Positions 16,945-26,141 of a stretch of DNA of 59,193 bases are shown in pieces. This DNA is from Chloroflexota bacterium (GTDB taxonomy: Bacteria > Chloroflexota > Limnocylindria > Limnocylindrales > CSP1-4), in NCBI GenBank assembly GCA_040007635.1, contig JBDTUR010000002.1, positions 1-59,193 on the forward strand, read 5' to 3'. Numbering within the stretch: position 1 is the first letter of the stretch; every line of letters begins with the position of its first letter. The translations under genes and the position numbers were made by a program. The notes under the pieces are model-generated. The model was given only the letters and a program-made list of their open reading frames with translations. It did not search any database and had not been told where the DNA came from.

Positions 16945-18740
16945 AATGCGGTCCCAAAGAACGAAGCCCCAGGCACGCCTATCACTGGCACAACCTGCGC
17001 GCGATCCAGGTAGTCGTTGTGCGTTTCACACGATGTCTCGGCGATCAGCGTGCAGCCGTGGCACGCCGCGCCATGGAGCCAGCGCCGCTCGATGCTTTCG
17101 CCCGGTTCGTGCTGAGCGCAGATTGGGTCGTTGGAACAGAGCGCTGCCATCTGCATCGCGAAGGTGACGTGCGCATCGATGTGCCGAGCCTGCTGGACGA
17201 GGCCCCCAAGCGTTCCGTCGGCGTCCGGGCTGCCGGTGTACAACAGGATTCCGTATCGCCCGGCCTGGCTATCCACGTAGATTCGTTCCCGGAGTGAGCT
17301 CGCAGGGTAGCCGCAACGCATCGACAGTGACTCGATGAGCAAATGGGAAAGCGTATGCAGGAGGACGTACGGTCCGCCCGGGAATGGCCGATCGGACTTC
17401 CCGTTCATCTGCGTGAGCCAGGCCTCATGACCGCGCATGAGCCGGTCGACACGATCAATGACTCCGGGGCGCGTGAGCCAGTCCGCAACATACCCTGCGT
17501 TTAACTGGATGAAGACTCCCTCGCCACGATTCTCAACCGCGGGGAACCAACTCGGGTCGAGGGCCAGCACTGCCCGTTCTACGTCCGATTCATACTCGCC
17601 ATCAATGTCCGGCGAGACGGCTTCGAATCGCGTGAACCCGACCAGCGCGAGCACCTCGCGTAGGCGATGCAGTTGGATCACAGCCTCGATGCCAGGCAGG
17701 CGACCCAGTCGCCGCCACGCCCGGTCGGGCAGGCGTCGCGCATGGAAGTCGCGATCAATGGGGACGTCGTCTCCGTAGCCTTCTGGCGCCGCCAGCAAGG
17801 CGTCCAACTCAACCTGCTTGACCGGTCGCTCGCTGCCGGGGCCAGCCTTGTGCTCTTGAATGGCAGTAAGGATCTCGTCGCTCCCATATGGGGCGAGCTC
17901 TTCTGCGATCCGCGGCTTCCTTTTGATGAGCGCGAGGTCGTCTGCGTCACCGACGATCTGCAAGTCGTCCCACAGCTTCGTGACTGTCTGTTGAATGGCG
18001 CTCCCGCGATCAGGCAGCGACAAGACGCTCATCACCTGTGGGAAATACGCGTTCGAAGCCGTGCGGATAAGCAACCGGCTCGGCAGGTCGCAGTCTTCTG
18101 CAGCCTTGGGACCCAACCATGGACGTTTGCCTCGACACGACCCGAGAGGGTTGTCTTCGAGCACAGTCGTCTCATACATACTGCGTCGCTTGCCACACTC
18201 GCAACGGACTGCGAGATCACCAAGGTCGCCACCACTTCCTTGCTCATCGAGCCAGAGCGGACGGCGGCAGGGATCTTCGAGACCATGGACAAACCGGTAC
18301 CAGTCGAGATCGTCCACATGTCCCTTCGGGCAGGCACGAACGAATCGGATCGGCACGACTGGATGGCCATCCATCCTGCTCCGGCCGTCTAGGGCCGTGC
18401 GATGCACGAGGCGTCGTGAGCGCTCACGGTCCTCGCTGCCCCTGTCCTCCTGGACGAGGAACCATTCCGGGAAGCGGTACGCCCCGATCCCCTTTTGGCG
18501 AGCCCCAGGACTGTCCGACTCGACGGGCGGCGCGAAGAGCCTTGGGACCGGGATCCCGGTAATCGTCTGCAGCTTGCCCGACAGACGCTGCTCGATAATC
18601 TCCTCGAGATCGCTCGTCCTCGGCCAGGTCTCCAGGCCGCCGACGATCGCCGCGTACTTAGGGAGGTCCAGGAGCGCACCCGGACCCCAGGTCGTGATGA
18701 TCTGTCCACGGCGAACCTGGCCATGCGCCTTGTGGCTCAT
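16941..18740 (-). CDS. drmB: DISARM DrmB (DUF1998 protein)
   Basis: The N-terminus is RRGQIITTWGPGALLDLP. Internal Cys/His clusters include CPKGHVDDLDW and CECGKRRS. The C-terminal DUF1998 signature is LHGAACHGCTLIAETSCETHNDYLDR. It is coupled to drmA and drmC. Confidence 0.85.
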   Translation of the reverse strand: MSHKAHGQVRRGQIITTWGPGALLDLPKYAAIVGGLETWPRTSDLEEIIEQRLSGKLQTITGIPVPRLFAPPVESDSPGARQKGIGAYRFPEWFLVQEDRGSEDRERSRRLVHRTALDGRSRMDGHPVVPIRFVRACPKGHVDDLDWYRFVHGLEDPCRRPLWLDEQGSGGDLGDLAVRCECGKRRSMYETTVLEDNPLGSCRGKRPWLGPKAAEDCDLPSRLLIRTASNAYFPQVMSVLSLPDRGSAIQQTVTKLWDDLQIVGDADDLALIKRKPRIAEELAPYGSDEILTAIQEHKAGPGSERPVKQVELDALLAAPEGYGDDVPIDRDFHARRLPDRAWRRLGRLPGIEAVIQLHRLREVLALVGFTRFEAVSPDIDGEYESDVERAVLALDPSWFPAVENRGEGVFIQLNAGYVADWLTRPGVIDRVDRLMRGHEAWLTQMNGKSDRPFPGGPYVLLHTLSHLLIESLSMRCGYPASSLRERIYVDSQAGRYGILLYTGSPDADGTLGGLVQQARHIDAHVTFAMQMAALCSNDPICAQHEPGESIERRWLHGAACHGCTLIAETSCETHNDYLDRAQVVPVIGVPGASFFGTAL

Positions 18741-21700
18741 GAAGGTTCGTCCACATCTCGGCCGTTGAGCTCCTTGAGGAAGATGTCGACCTGCGGCTCC
18801 ACATCGCGAAGTGACCGATTCACCCGGAACTTCTGCTGGTCCGGAGATTCAATCGACGTGTCGAGCATCTCGTGCAGCAATGGTTTCGGTCCATCCGACT
18901 CATATCGCTGGAATTGCACCTGCACCCCTGCAGCCGCGTAGTCCTCGACCACCGCGCGCCAAGAGTCGAGCAGATCCCCTACGCGATTCTGGACGCTACG
19001 CAGGCGCTCGTTGCGTTCGTCCTCGTCGTCTATGGGCTGCCGCCGCACGCGGTCAAGAAACGCGTCCTGAAGTGCGCGTTCCAGCGAGGCCCGCACCGCC
19101 GCGATCTCCGCGGCACCCCGCGCTGGCGTGAGCCTAGGCTCACCGTGGCGCGCGAGGCTGACCAGCGCGCCTGCGAAGCCACGGTCAAGCGCACCTGCGG
19201 AGAATGGCGTGACGCTCGTGACCTCGACCGAGCGGTAGAAGGTCTCGTGATAGTGTCGGAACCGTTCGTAGTGGGACCGGTCGCGCGGTTTGTGCATGTT
19301 GAGCAGCGTGACGACGAGGCCTGGTCGCTGGTCGTCACGGCCGACGCGGCTCGTGGCCTGGATGTACTCGGCATGCGTCTTCGGCTGGCCGAGTACGACC
19401 ATCAGGCCGAGCCGCTGGATGTCCAGACCGACTGAGATCATGTTTGTGGCGATCGCACAGTCCACCCGATCGCGCTCGAAGAACCGAGCCTCGAGCCGGC
19501 GTCGCGCTTCTGCCACCTTGTCGGTCGTCACGCGCGACGTGAGCTCCAGGACCTCCGAAAACGTTCGGCGATCACGGAAAAGCCCGCGATCCTCGCCTAC
19601 CCGCTTGCGGATCCCATAACTCTTGATGGTGTTCTGAACCTGTTCCTCAAGGATGCGACGTGCCCCACCGAGCTCCCGCAGGCTATTGAAGTAACCGATC
19701 GTGGTCATGTAAGGATCCGAGGGGTTGTCCTTGTTCTCGTGGCCACCTGCGTCGCGATAGGCTTGTTCAGCTGCCCCCATGAGCGCCAGCCAGGCCCTCC
19801 GCATGAACTCCTTGGGGTTGCGGCCCTGGGAGGCGATTCCCATGTATAGACGCGCCGGCGTCTCACTCGCGGGTACGGTCCGAGCGAAGAAGGAGTCCCG
19901 CCGGTCGGTGCCGGGTGGCGGGAACACTTGCGTCAACGACCGCCCGAAGAGTGCCTGGATCTGGTCCCGAGCCCTCCGCACCGTTGCGGTCGATGCGACG
20001 ATCTTGGGCCGCACGATCCGGCCGTTGATCTCCCTGACACACAGCGCCTCGATGGCCGTCTCATATAGGCCGACCATCGTGCCCAGCGGCCCGGCGATGA
20101 GATGCAGCTCGTCCTGGATCACCATGTCAGGCGGTGGCAGCGGCACTACAAGGCGTGCGCCCCTGCCTGGCTCCGAGGCCCCGTAAAAGCCGGCGCCGTC
20201 ATGCCGCTCGGCTCCGCCGAGCAATGCACCTGACGGACCGACCCACGGCAGCGAAGCGAACTTGTCGACTGTGGCGATGAGGAAGGCCGGCAGCCGCCGA
20301 TAGATGGGCTCATCCACGGCTACGATCGGGAGGGCACGGTCGCGCGTGAAGTCGCACACCGGGTTGATGCAAACGATTCGCAGTTCTCGCGGCGCATCGT
20401 CGTTAGGCTGCAGCGCAAAGGAGTCCGGCCCGAACGACGTGCCGCACCACGGACACTCCTCCAGCGGGATGGGCGACGGTTTTCCCTTAGGGTCGTTCTT
20501 GTACTGGCGGACCTTCGTGCGCGCCGTGTCCTGCCGGTTATCGCCCTTCCGGCCGAGCACGTTAGGGGTGGCGGTTTTGCCAACCCACAGTCCAATCTCG
20601 AATGGCCATGTGCCGTATCGGGCAGGTGCCTGTCCACGTTCGAGCTCCAGCGCGCAGACGAGGCCCGCGGCGCGGCTCAGCTGGTCCAGGGTAAGGAGCC
20701 GCAGGGTGTAGCGCATGACGACGCATACCCCGGCACCTTCGAGCCCGCTCTCGCCAGGATGACGCAGTCGGCGCAGCACCATCGTGAAAGCCGCGAGCCC
20801 GAGGTATGCCTCTGTCTTGCCGCCACCGGTCGGGAAGAAGAGAAGGTCCACAATCTCGCGCTCGCCATCGGTCGGGTCTGCGAGCCCAGGCAGGTTCAGA
20901 AGGATGAACGCGAGCTGGAACGCTCGCCATCGCGGCGTCTCGATGTCGAGCCTCTTCCGGAGCGCCCGAGCCATCGCGCGGTTGGCAACGCGAAACGCAT
21001 CTAGGGCATCTTTATCATGCGTCAGGACCGTGATGCCGTGGTCGATCCGCGAGGCTGCTAGGTCGGCCAGGCGCAGCAGCTCCGTTGCTGTCTCCGCGCG
21101 AGTCCCACTGAGAGCCGCGACATCCGCTGCGGACGCGACGATCCAGTCCCTGTAGTGAGCCGCGAGCGGTCGCAGCGCAGCCTCGACGGCGGTGCCATCG
21201 CTTAGCGCCCCGAGGGTCTCCATCGTGAGCTCGACATCCGGGACGTCCACGGTGATCGTCTTCTCCACCTCAGCCGTGGGTATCCAGGCGGTGCGCAGGA
21301 CCCGACACACTCCGTCGAGGACGTCCCATTCGGCAGAGACGCCGTGCCCGGTCGCGTACTCGGGGGAGTCCGCATAGTGCAGGTCGGCGACCTGCTCGTC
21401 CCAGCCCATGGCGTGGGTGCCACGGAGATCCGGCCGTGCCACAAAGGGCTCATCGCCGCGCACCTCGATCTGCGGCTGGAATGCGTGGCCGAGATCAGAC
21501 GCTCCTGAGTCGACCGGTGGCGGTGGCCGGTGGTTGACGAGGAACACCGAGACGGAGCGCGTGCCCGCTGGCAGGTAACCATCCAGATCGTGTTCTGGAA
21601 CCAGCCGGTCCAGGACCTGCAGCTGCAGTCCACCCGACGCAGGGACCTCGTGGACGGCCGCGGCGCCGTCCGAGGTGCCGAGTGGGACGTCGACGACCTC

Positions 21701-22147
21701 GGTGCGCGGCGTGCGGCGCCACACCTTGAGCGGTTCGCCATCAGCAACCGGCATCACATCAGGTGTGTATTCACCCCAATCCACCGTGACTGCCAGTAAA
21801 CGCGTGTCGTTCGCGACCAGGAAGCTGAGGCCCATCGAGGAGGAGAAGAAGCCCTTCCTGGCCGCTCGACGCTCCTCGCTCGACTCCTCGGCCAGACCCG
21901 CAGTGACCGGAACCTCACCGATGTCGTCGTCCTCGTCAGCGTCAGCGCGGTGTTCCGGTGGCGTGGCCGAGGGGATCAAGAAACCGGTCAGGTACCAGTT
22001 CGATGGGCGCACCCAGCCCGGCAATCGTTCCTCGGCGAGTTCATGGCCTGGCCACGGTCCCACGAGGTCCAGCCGCAGGGCGTCGACCAGCCGTCGTCGG
22101 ACGTCCAGGGAGTTTTCGGGTGCGGGAGGCGTGACAGGCATCTTCAT
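18737..22147 (-). CDS. drmA: DISARM DrmA, DExH-type helicase (1136 aa)
   Basis: Motifs: LLFFPTGGGKTEAYLGLA (I), MVIQDELHLIAGPLG (II), IVASTATVRRA (III), ATNMISVGLDIQRLG...QPKTHAEYIQATSRVGR (V-VI). It has an ATGA overlap with the upstream methylase fragment. Confidence 0.88.
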   Translation of the reverse strand: MKMPVTPPAPENSLDVRRRLVDALRLDLVGPWPGHELAEERLPGWVRPSNWYLTGFLIPSATPPEHRADADEDDDIGEVPVTAGLAEESSEERRAARKGFFSSSMGLSFLVANDTRLLAVTVDWGEYTPDVMPVADGEPLKVWRRTPRTEVVDVPLGTSDGAAAVHEVPASGGLQLQVLDRLVPEHDLDGYLPAGTRSVSVFLVNHRPPPPVDSGASDLGHAFQPQIEVRGDEPFVARPDLRGTHAMGWDEQVADLHYADSPEYATGHGVSAEWDVLDGVCRVLRTAWIPTAEVEKTITVDVPDVELTMETLGALSDGTAVEAALRPLAAHYRDWIVASAADVAALSGTRAETATELLRLADLAASRIDHGITVLTHDKDALDAFRVANRAMARALRKRLDIETPRWRAFQLAFILLNLPGLADPTDGEREIVDLLFFPTGGGKTEAYLGLAAFTMVLRRLRHPGESGLEGAGVCVVMRYTLRLLTLDQLSRAAGLVCALELERGQAPARYGTWPFEIGLWVGKTATPNVLGRKGDNRQDTARTKVRQYKNDPKGKPSPIPLEECPWCGTSFGPDSFALQPNDDAPRELRIVCINPVCDFTRDRALPIVAVDEPIYRRLPAFLIATVDKFASLPWVGPSGALLGGAERHDGAGFYGASEPGRGARLVVPLPPPDMVIQDELHLIAGPLGTMVGLYETAIEALCVREINGRIVRPKIVASTATVRRARDQIQALFGRSLTQVFPPPGTDRRDSFFARTVPASETPARLYMGIASQGRNPKEFMRRAWLALMGAAEQAYRDAGGHENKDNPSDPYMTTIGYFNSLRELGGARRILEEQVQNTIKSYGIRKRVGEDRGLFRDRRTFSEVLELTSRVTTDKVAEARRRLEARFFERDRVDCAIATNMISVGLDIQRLGLMVVLGQPKTHAEYIQATSRVGRDDQRPGLVVTLLNMHKPRDRSHYERFRHYHETFYRSVEVTSVTPFSAGALDRGFAGALVSLARHGEPRLTPARGAAEIAAVRASLERALQDAFLDRVRRQPIDDEDERNERLRSVQNRVGDLLDSWRAVVEDYAAAGVQVQFQRYESDGPKPLLHEMLDTSIESPDQQKFRVNRSLRDVEPQVDIFLKELNGRDVDEPS

Positions 22148-23139
22148 GAAAAGAGACGCCCCGTATCAGCTTCCTCGATCAGGTGCGCGGTGTTCACCTT
22201 TCCGAGCCTTTTTGACGGAGCTGCGGCACCAGAACGAGCCTCTTCCCGGGCAAGATCGGCGTTGAGCTCCAGGAGCCGTGCTAGCACCTCGTCCCCGACC
22301 TCGTCAGGCCAGCGGAGGCGGTAGGGCTTCTTCTTGGAGCCCCACTCGGCCTCATCGATCTCGTAGTCCAGGAGAAACTCGCAGTCAGTCGAGATGTCAT
22401 TCCAACCGTACGCATCAAGCACTGAGCGGTCCATGGCGGCATGCAGCTCGCGAAGCTTCAGGATCTCCGGCATGCGCTCGTCGGGGTCGTGGAACCGGTT
22501 ATATGTCTTGGTGAGCCCGTCGTTATTGCTAACCATCAGCGCAGCGCGGAACTCGTAATAGGCGTTGCCTGCGATCTCGAGGTCGGCCCGCGTCTCCCAG
22601 CCGAGCGGGAAGGGGAATGTCTCGAAGCAGTCGGATGGGGTGTAGCGGAGTCGATCCTCCAGCGACGAACCGAAGAATCGCGCCCAGATCTCGTGCGGAC
22701 GAGCCTGGAGAGTGGCAAAGGCCGCATAGGTCGACTCTGCAAAGACGGCCAACGAGTTGGCGAAAACCATTCGCGCCGGGAGGAACACAAACCCAAGATG
22801 CTGTGTCGCTCCGCAGTTAACGACCAGTACGCGATCCATCCCGGCGATTGCGGAATAGAGTTCTCTCGCATGGTGGTAGTGCTGCCACCAGATGCCAGCC
22901 CGCAGGCCGTGGGCCGACTTGCTTCGCTGAGCCGAGAGAAGTCGCTCTGGGCGGACGTTGGCTTCAACGATGGCCATTAGGTCTGGCCAGCGTTGCCGAC
23001 ATTCGTCCTCGGGTCGATCGCCGAAGTTGATCACGTAGCGACGATGGATATTGGTCGGGCTGGTGTTCACTTCCTCGCCGCCGATGTACGGAAAGATTAC
23101 TTCTTGGTTGTGCACGTCCTTGAGGATGAGCCGCCGCAT
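22144..23139 (-). CDS. drmMI: DISARM DrmMI, C-terminal (target-recognition-like) fragment separated from the catalytic part by a frameshift
   Basis: MRRLILKDVHNQEVIFPYIGGEEVNTSPT...RYVINFGD resembles the region that follows the catalytic domain in MmeI/PglX-type single-chain methylases. This frame stays open upstream to 23169 (GTGVASPLAEM) and overlaps the end of the catalytic ORF. Confidence 0.75.
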   Translation of the reverse strand: MRRLILKDVHNQEVIFPYIGGEEVNTSPTNIHRRYVINFGDRPEDECRQRWPDLMAIVEANVRPERLLSAQRSKSAHGLRAGIWWQHYHHARELYSAIAGMDRVLVVNCGATQHLGFVFLPARMVFANSLAVFAESTYAAFATLQARPHEIWARFFGSSLEDRLRYTPSDCFETFPFPLGWETRADLEIAGNAYYEFRAALMVSNNDGLTKTYNRFHDPDERMPEILKLRELHAAMDRSVLDAYGWNDISTDCEFLLDYEIDEAEWGSKKKPYRLRWPDEVGDEVLARLLELNADLAREEARSGAAAPSKRLGKVNTAHLIEEADTGRLFS

Positions 23140-23144
23140 CTCGG

Positions 23145-26141
23145 CTAATGGGCTGGCGACACCTGTCCCTCAGTGTCATCAAACGTGAATCCCATCCCGA
23201 GGATGATGCAGCCCTGGAAGCTCAGGCCGGTGCTGGCTGCGAGGCGGATCGGGTCGGTGTCCCCTCCTCGATGAAAGAGAAACGCCGTGATTGTCTCGAC
23301 ATCCCGATCATCAAGCCGCTTGGGACCAGGCAACTGGCCCTTGATGAGATGGACCACGCTGACGATTACTGCAGCTTGGCCCGGCCACTTCACCCGTTTG
23401 CGCGTCCTATAAATCTCGCCGCCGTTCTGGCAAATCCAACTGAGACCACTCGCTCTGGTGTCACCCTGGGCGATCGTGTTCGTCGCGATGAGGCCCATCG
23501 TCCCGCCGTGTCGGAGGAGATCAAACGAACGACGGAAGAAATGAGCGACGATGTCGCACTTGCCTGCGCTACTTTCGTGCAGATCACGGAGCCAGTCGGT
23601 ATAGCCATCGGCGTTACCAGCGACCACTGACACGTGACCGGCGAACGGTGGATTGCCGACGATCGCGTCGAAGCCCGAGTCCTGCCGCTCGAAGACCTCC
23701 GGGAACTCGATCTCCCAATGGAACGGGGCGAGCGGCCGCTCGGCGTGTCGCCACTCCGTGAGTCGCGCGCTCTCGCTGCTGGCGCGGCCGCTGAGCACAT
23801 CCAGCGCGTATCCCTTCCGCTTGGCCTCTCGCTCTTTCGGCCTCTCGCCCTCGAAGAACGCCGCAATTACGAGGTCCCCAAATAGCCGCGCCGCGCGCAA
23901 CTCAGAGTCCACTGCGGCCCACATCTCGCGTAGGTCCTGGTCTGAGACCTTCTCGTCAGCCTCGCGGATGGCACGACGCAATACGACGACCTTGGCAACC
24001 TGCTCGCGCACCTGCATCGTCTCGAAGCCGGCCTGGAACCGGGGCGCGTCTGGAGCCCAATGGAACGCCTCGATTTGGCTCTGGGACAGCCCTACCAGCG
24101 AGTCCCCGTGCCGGAGTGCGTGGTCCACGAAGGTGAGGGCGTGATTCTTGGCCAGCGTCACGAGCCATAACGAGACCTTGGCGAGGTCCACCGCAACTGG
24201 ATTGCGGTCGACACCGTAGAGGCAGCGCTGGGCGATGAGCCGCCTCGCGAAGATCACCTCGTCCTCGTCTGGTGGAATCGCGGGCAGCCCATCATGGGCA
24301 TGCCAGGCCTCGACCAACGCGTCACCCAGCTGGCGGCATGCTTCGACCAGGAACGCGCCAGAGCCCATCGCGGGGTCGCAGACCTTGAGGTCCAATAGCT
24401 GCGCCGGTGTTGGTGACATCCCACCTGAGTCACGCAGCCTCGTGAGGACGGGTCCGAGTGTCGTGCGAACGATCGGCTCGGTAAGTTCACGGGGTGTGTA
24501 ATGCGAGCCTGATCGCCGCCGCTCTTGGCTCGGCTGGAGGATCATCGCGCCCCCCTGCACCAGGTCGGGTGTGGCCGCGTTATCGATGACCGGCTGGAGC
24601 GCAGCGTGCAGATCTTCAATCGTGCTTGCCAAGGTGACGACCCTCTTGAGCTTGTCGCTAAGCTTCCGGTCGGCTTTCTCCTGAAGCCACCTCTCGCGCT
24701 TCGCTGACGGCTCAGCGAGCAGCGTTTCGAGGTCGACGGTGGTGGGTGCGCCGTGCGGCTTCGGAGCTTTTATGGCCACCGAGCGACCTGTGGCGGTCTC
24801 GAGCCGAAACCCCATCATCGTCTCGTAGACGGAGCCAATCTGCTCCACATCGAGTGCCCGGTAGGAGATGCGCTCGCCGTCCAGGATGAGGAGCTTGTCC
24901 AGTGCCCTGTAGATCGTTCCGTCGGGTACTAGCGGCGACTCGATACGACCGGAGGCCTGCATCGAGTCGCTGGCACGGCGGCCCTCAAGGAATGAGTAGC
25001 GGTCCGGATCGAACAGAACGCCATGGCGCGGAGGCAGGCTCATCGTGCCCGCCTGTGCGCCGTCATTGACCATTCGGAATAGCACGGTCAGCTGAGCCCA
25101 CGCCCCATATCGCTGGTCCATGGTGTCCGGGAACAGCGCCGCGTCCTCTCGCAGACGTTCGAAGAGCCCGAGGAGCGAGTAGTAGCGCTGGAACGTCTCG
25201 TCGCCAGGCAGCATGTCCCGCTCTTCGGCGTAAAGCAGGAAGACGAGCCGCAGGAGCACGGTCAGGAGTCCGCGGTAGACCTCATCGGGACGCTCGGTGA
25301 GCGGCTCCCGCAGAACCTCGCCCTTCGAGGCATCGTGGGCAGCCTGGAAGCCCCGAAGCAGCTCGTAGAGAGCGTGGAGTACCTGTTCGGCCAGTCGCTC
25401 ACTCACCTCGTTCTGGAACTGGCGGCTGTCCTCGAGCAGCGCGGCAAGGCGCTGCGAACGCGGCAGACTCAGCAGTCGCGTCTGGCTCAGGAGGAGTCGA
25501 ATCGCGGTCGAGATCGGCCGCCCGGGAGTCTGGATCATGTCTTCGACACGGAAGTCCAGCCAGCCCGAGCTCTCGCCGCGCGGCGCGGATACCAATCGGA
25601 GCGTGCGGCCATTGAACAATAGCCCGGCCGAGACGCCGGTCTGGCGTAGCAGCCGCTCCATCCGGCTGTGCTCTGAAGCCTCGAGTTGCCCATGACCACG
25701 CACGATGTCGTCGAATCCCTCGCCCAGTTCGAGAGTACGTACGAGCATCTGCCAAGGGTTGGCGCCATCCTTAGGCTCGACCTCGCGCACCGCGAAGTCT
25801 GGTCGCAGCGTCTCGCCATACTCCGGCAGCGCCACCTCGAGCTCGGGCGGGATGGGGCTCTCGGGGGTGCCGGCGTAACCCGTCTGCGCGAAGCTCCAGC
25901 CGAGTACGGACTGCGCGAAGGCGCGGAAATCGGGCAGGTACTTGACCGGCCCATCCTTGGTGTCGAACGTCCGCTCCTGCACGCACGCGCTCAACAGCCG
26001 CTGGCCCTCGACGTCACGCCGATCGAGGATTGCCCCCGCTCGAACGAGGGCCGGAGCCGAGACTACGAGCCCTATCGGGCGAACGAACCCGAGCCACTCC
26101 AGGTGAGCCAGGATCTCAGGATCGAGTTTTGATCTGGCCAT
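23145..26141 (-). CDS. drmMI: DISARM DrmMI, N6-adenine DNA methyltransferase, N-terminal and catalytic fragment
   Basis: Motif I is VCDPAMGSGAFLVEA and motif IV is IVGNPPFAG. The likely start ATG at 26141 (MARSKLDPEIL) shares one base with the drmD stop (TGATG); an alternative start lies at 26159. The ORF ends ...MGFTFDDTEGQVSPAH* at TAG 23145-23147. Confidence 0.85.
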   Translation of the reverse strand: MARSKLDPEILAHLEWLGFVRPIGLVVSAPALVRAGAILDRRDVEGQRLLSACVQERTFDTKDGPVKYLPDFRAFAQSVLGWSFAQTGYAGTPESPIPPELEVALPEYGETLRPDFAVREVEPKDGANPWQMLVRTLELGEGFDDIVRGHGQLEASEHSRMERLLRQTGVSAGLLFNGRTLRLVSAPRGESSGWLDFRVEDMIQTPGRPISTAIRLLLSQTRLLSLPRSQRLAALLEDSRQFQNEVSERLAEQVLHALYELLRGFQAAHDASKGEVLREPLTERPDEVYRGLLTVLLRLVFLLYAEERDMLPGDETFQRYYSLLGLFERLREDAALFPDTMDQRYGAWAQLTVLFRMVNDGAQAGTMSLPPRHGVLFDPDRYSFLEGRRASDSMQASGRIESPLVPDGTIYRALDKLLILDGERISYRALDVEQIGSVYETMMGFRLETATGRSVAIKAPKPHGAPTTVDLETLLAEPSAKRERWLQEKADRKLSDKLKRVVTLASTIEDLHAALQPVIDNAATPDLVQGGAMILQPSQERRRSGSHYTPRELTEPIVRTTLGPVLTRLRDSGGMSPTPAQLLDLKVCDPAMGSGAFLVEACRQLGDALVEAWHAHDGLPAIPPDEDEVIFARRLIAQRCLYGVDRNPVAVDLAKVSLWLVTLAKNHALTFVDHALRHGDSLVGLSQSQIEAFHWAPDAPRFQAGFETMQVREQVAKVVVLRRAIREADEKVSDQDLREMWAAVDSELRAARLFGDLVIAAFFEGERPKEREAKRKGYALDVLSGRASSESARLTEWRHAERPLAPFHWEIEFPEVFERQDSGFDAIVGNPPFAGHVSVVAGNADGYTDWLRDLHESSAGKCDIVAHFFRRSFDLLRHGGTMGLIATNTIAQGDTRASGLSWICQNGGEIYRTRKRVKWPGQAAVIVSVVHLIKGQLPGPKRLDDRDVETITAFLFHRGGDTDPIRLAASTGLSFQGCIILGMGFTFDDTEGQVSPAH

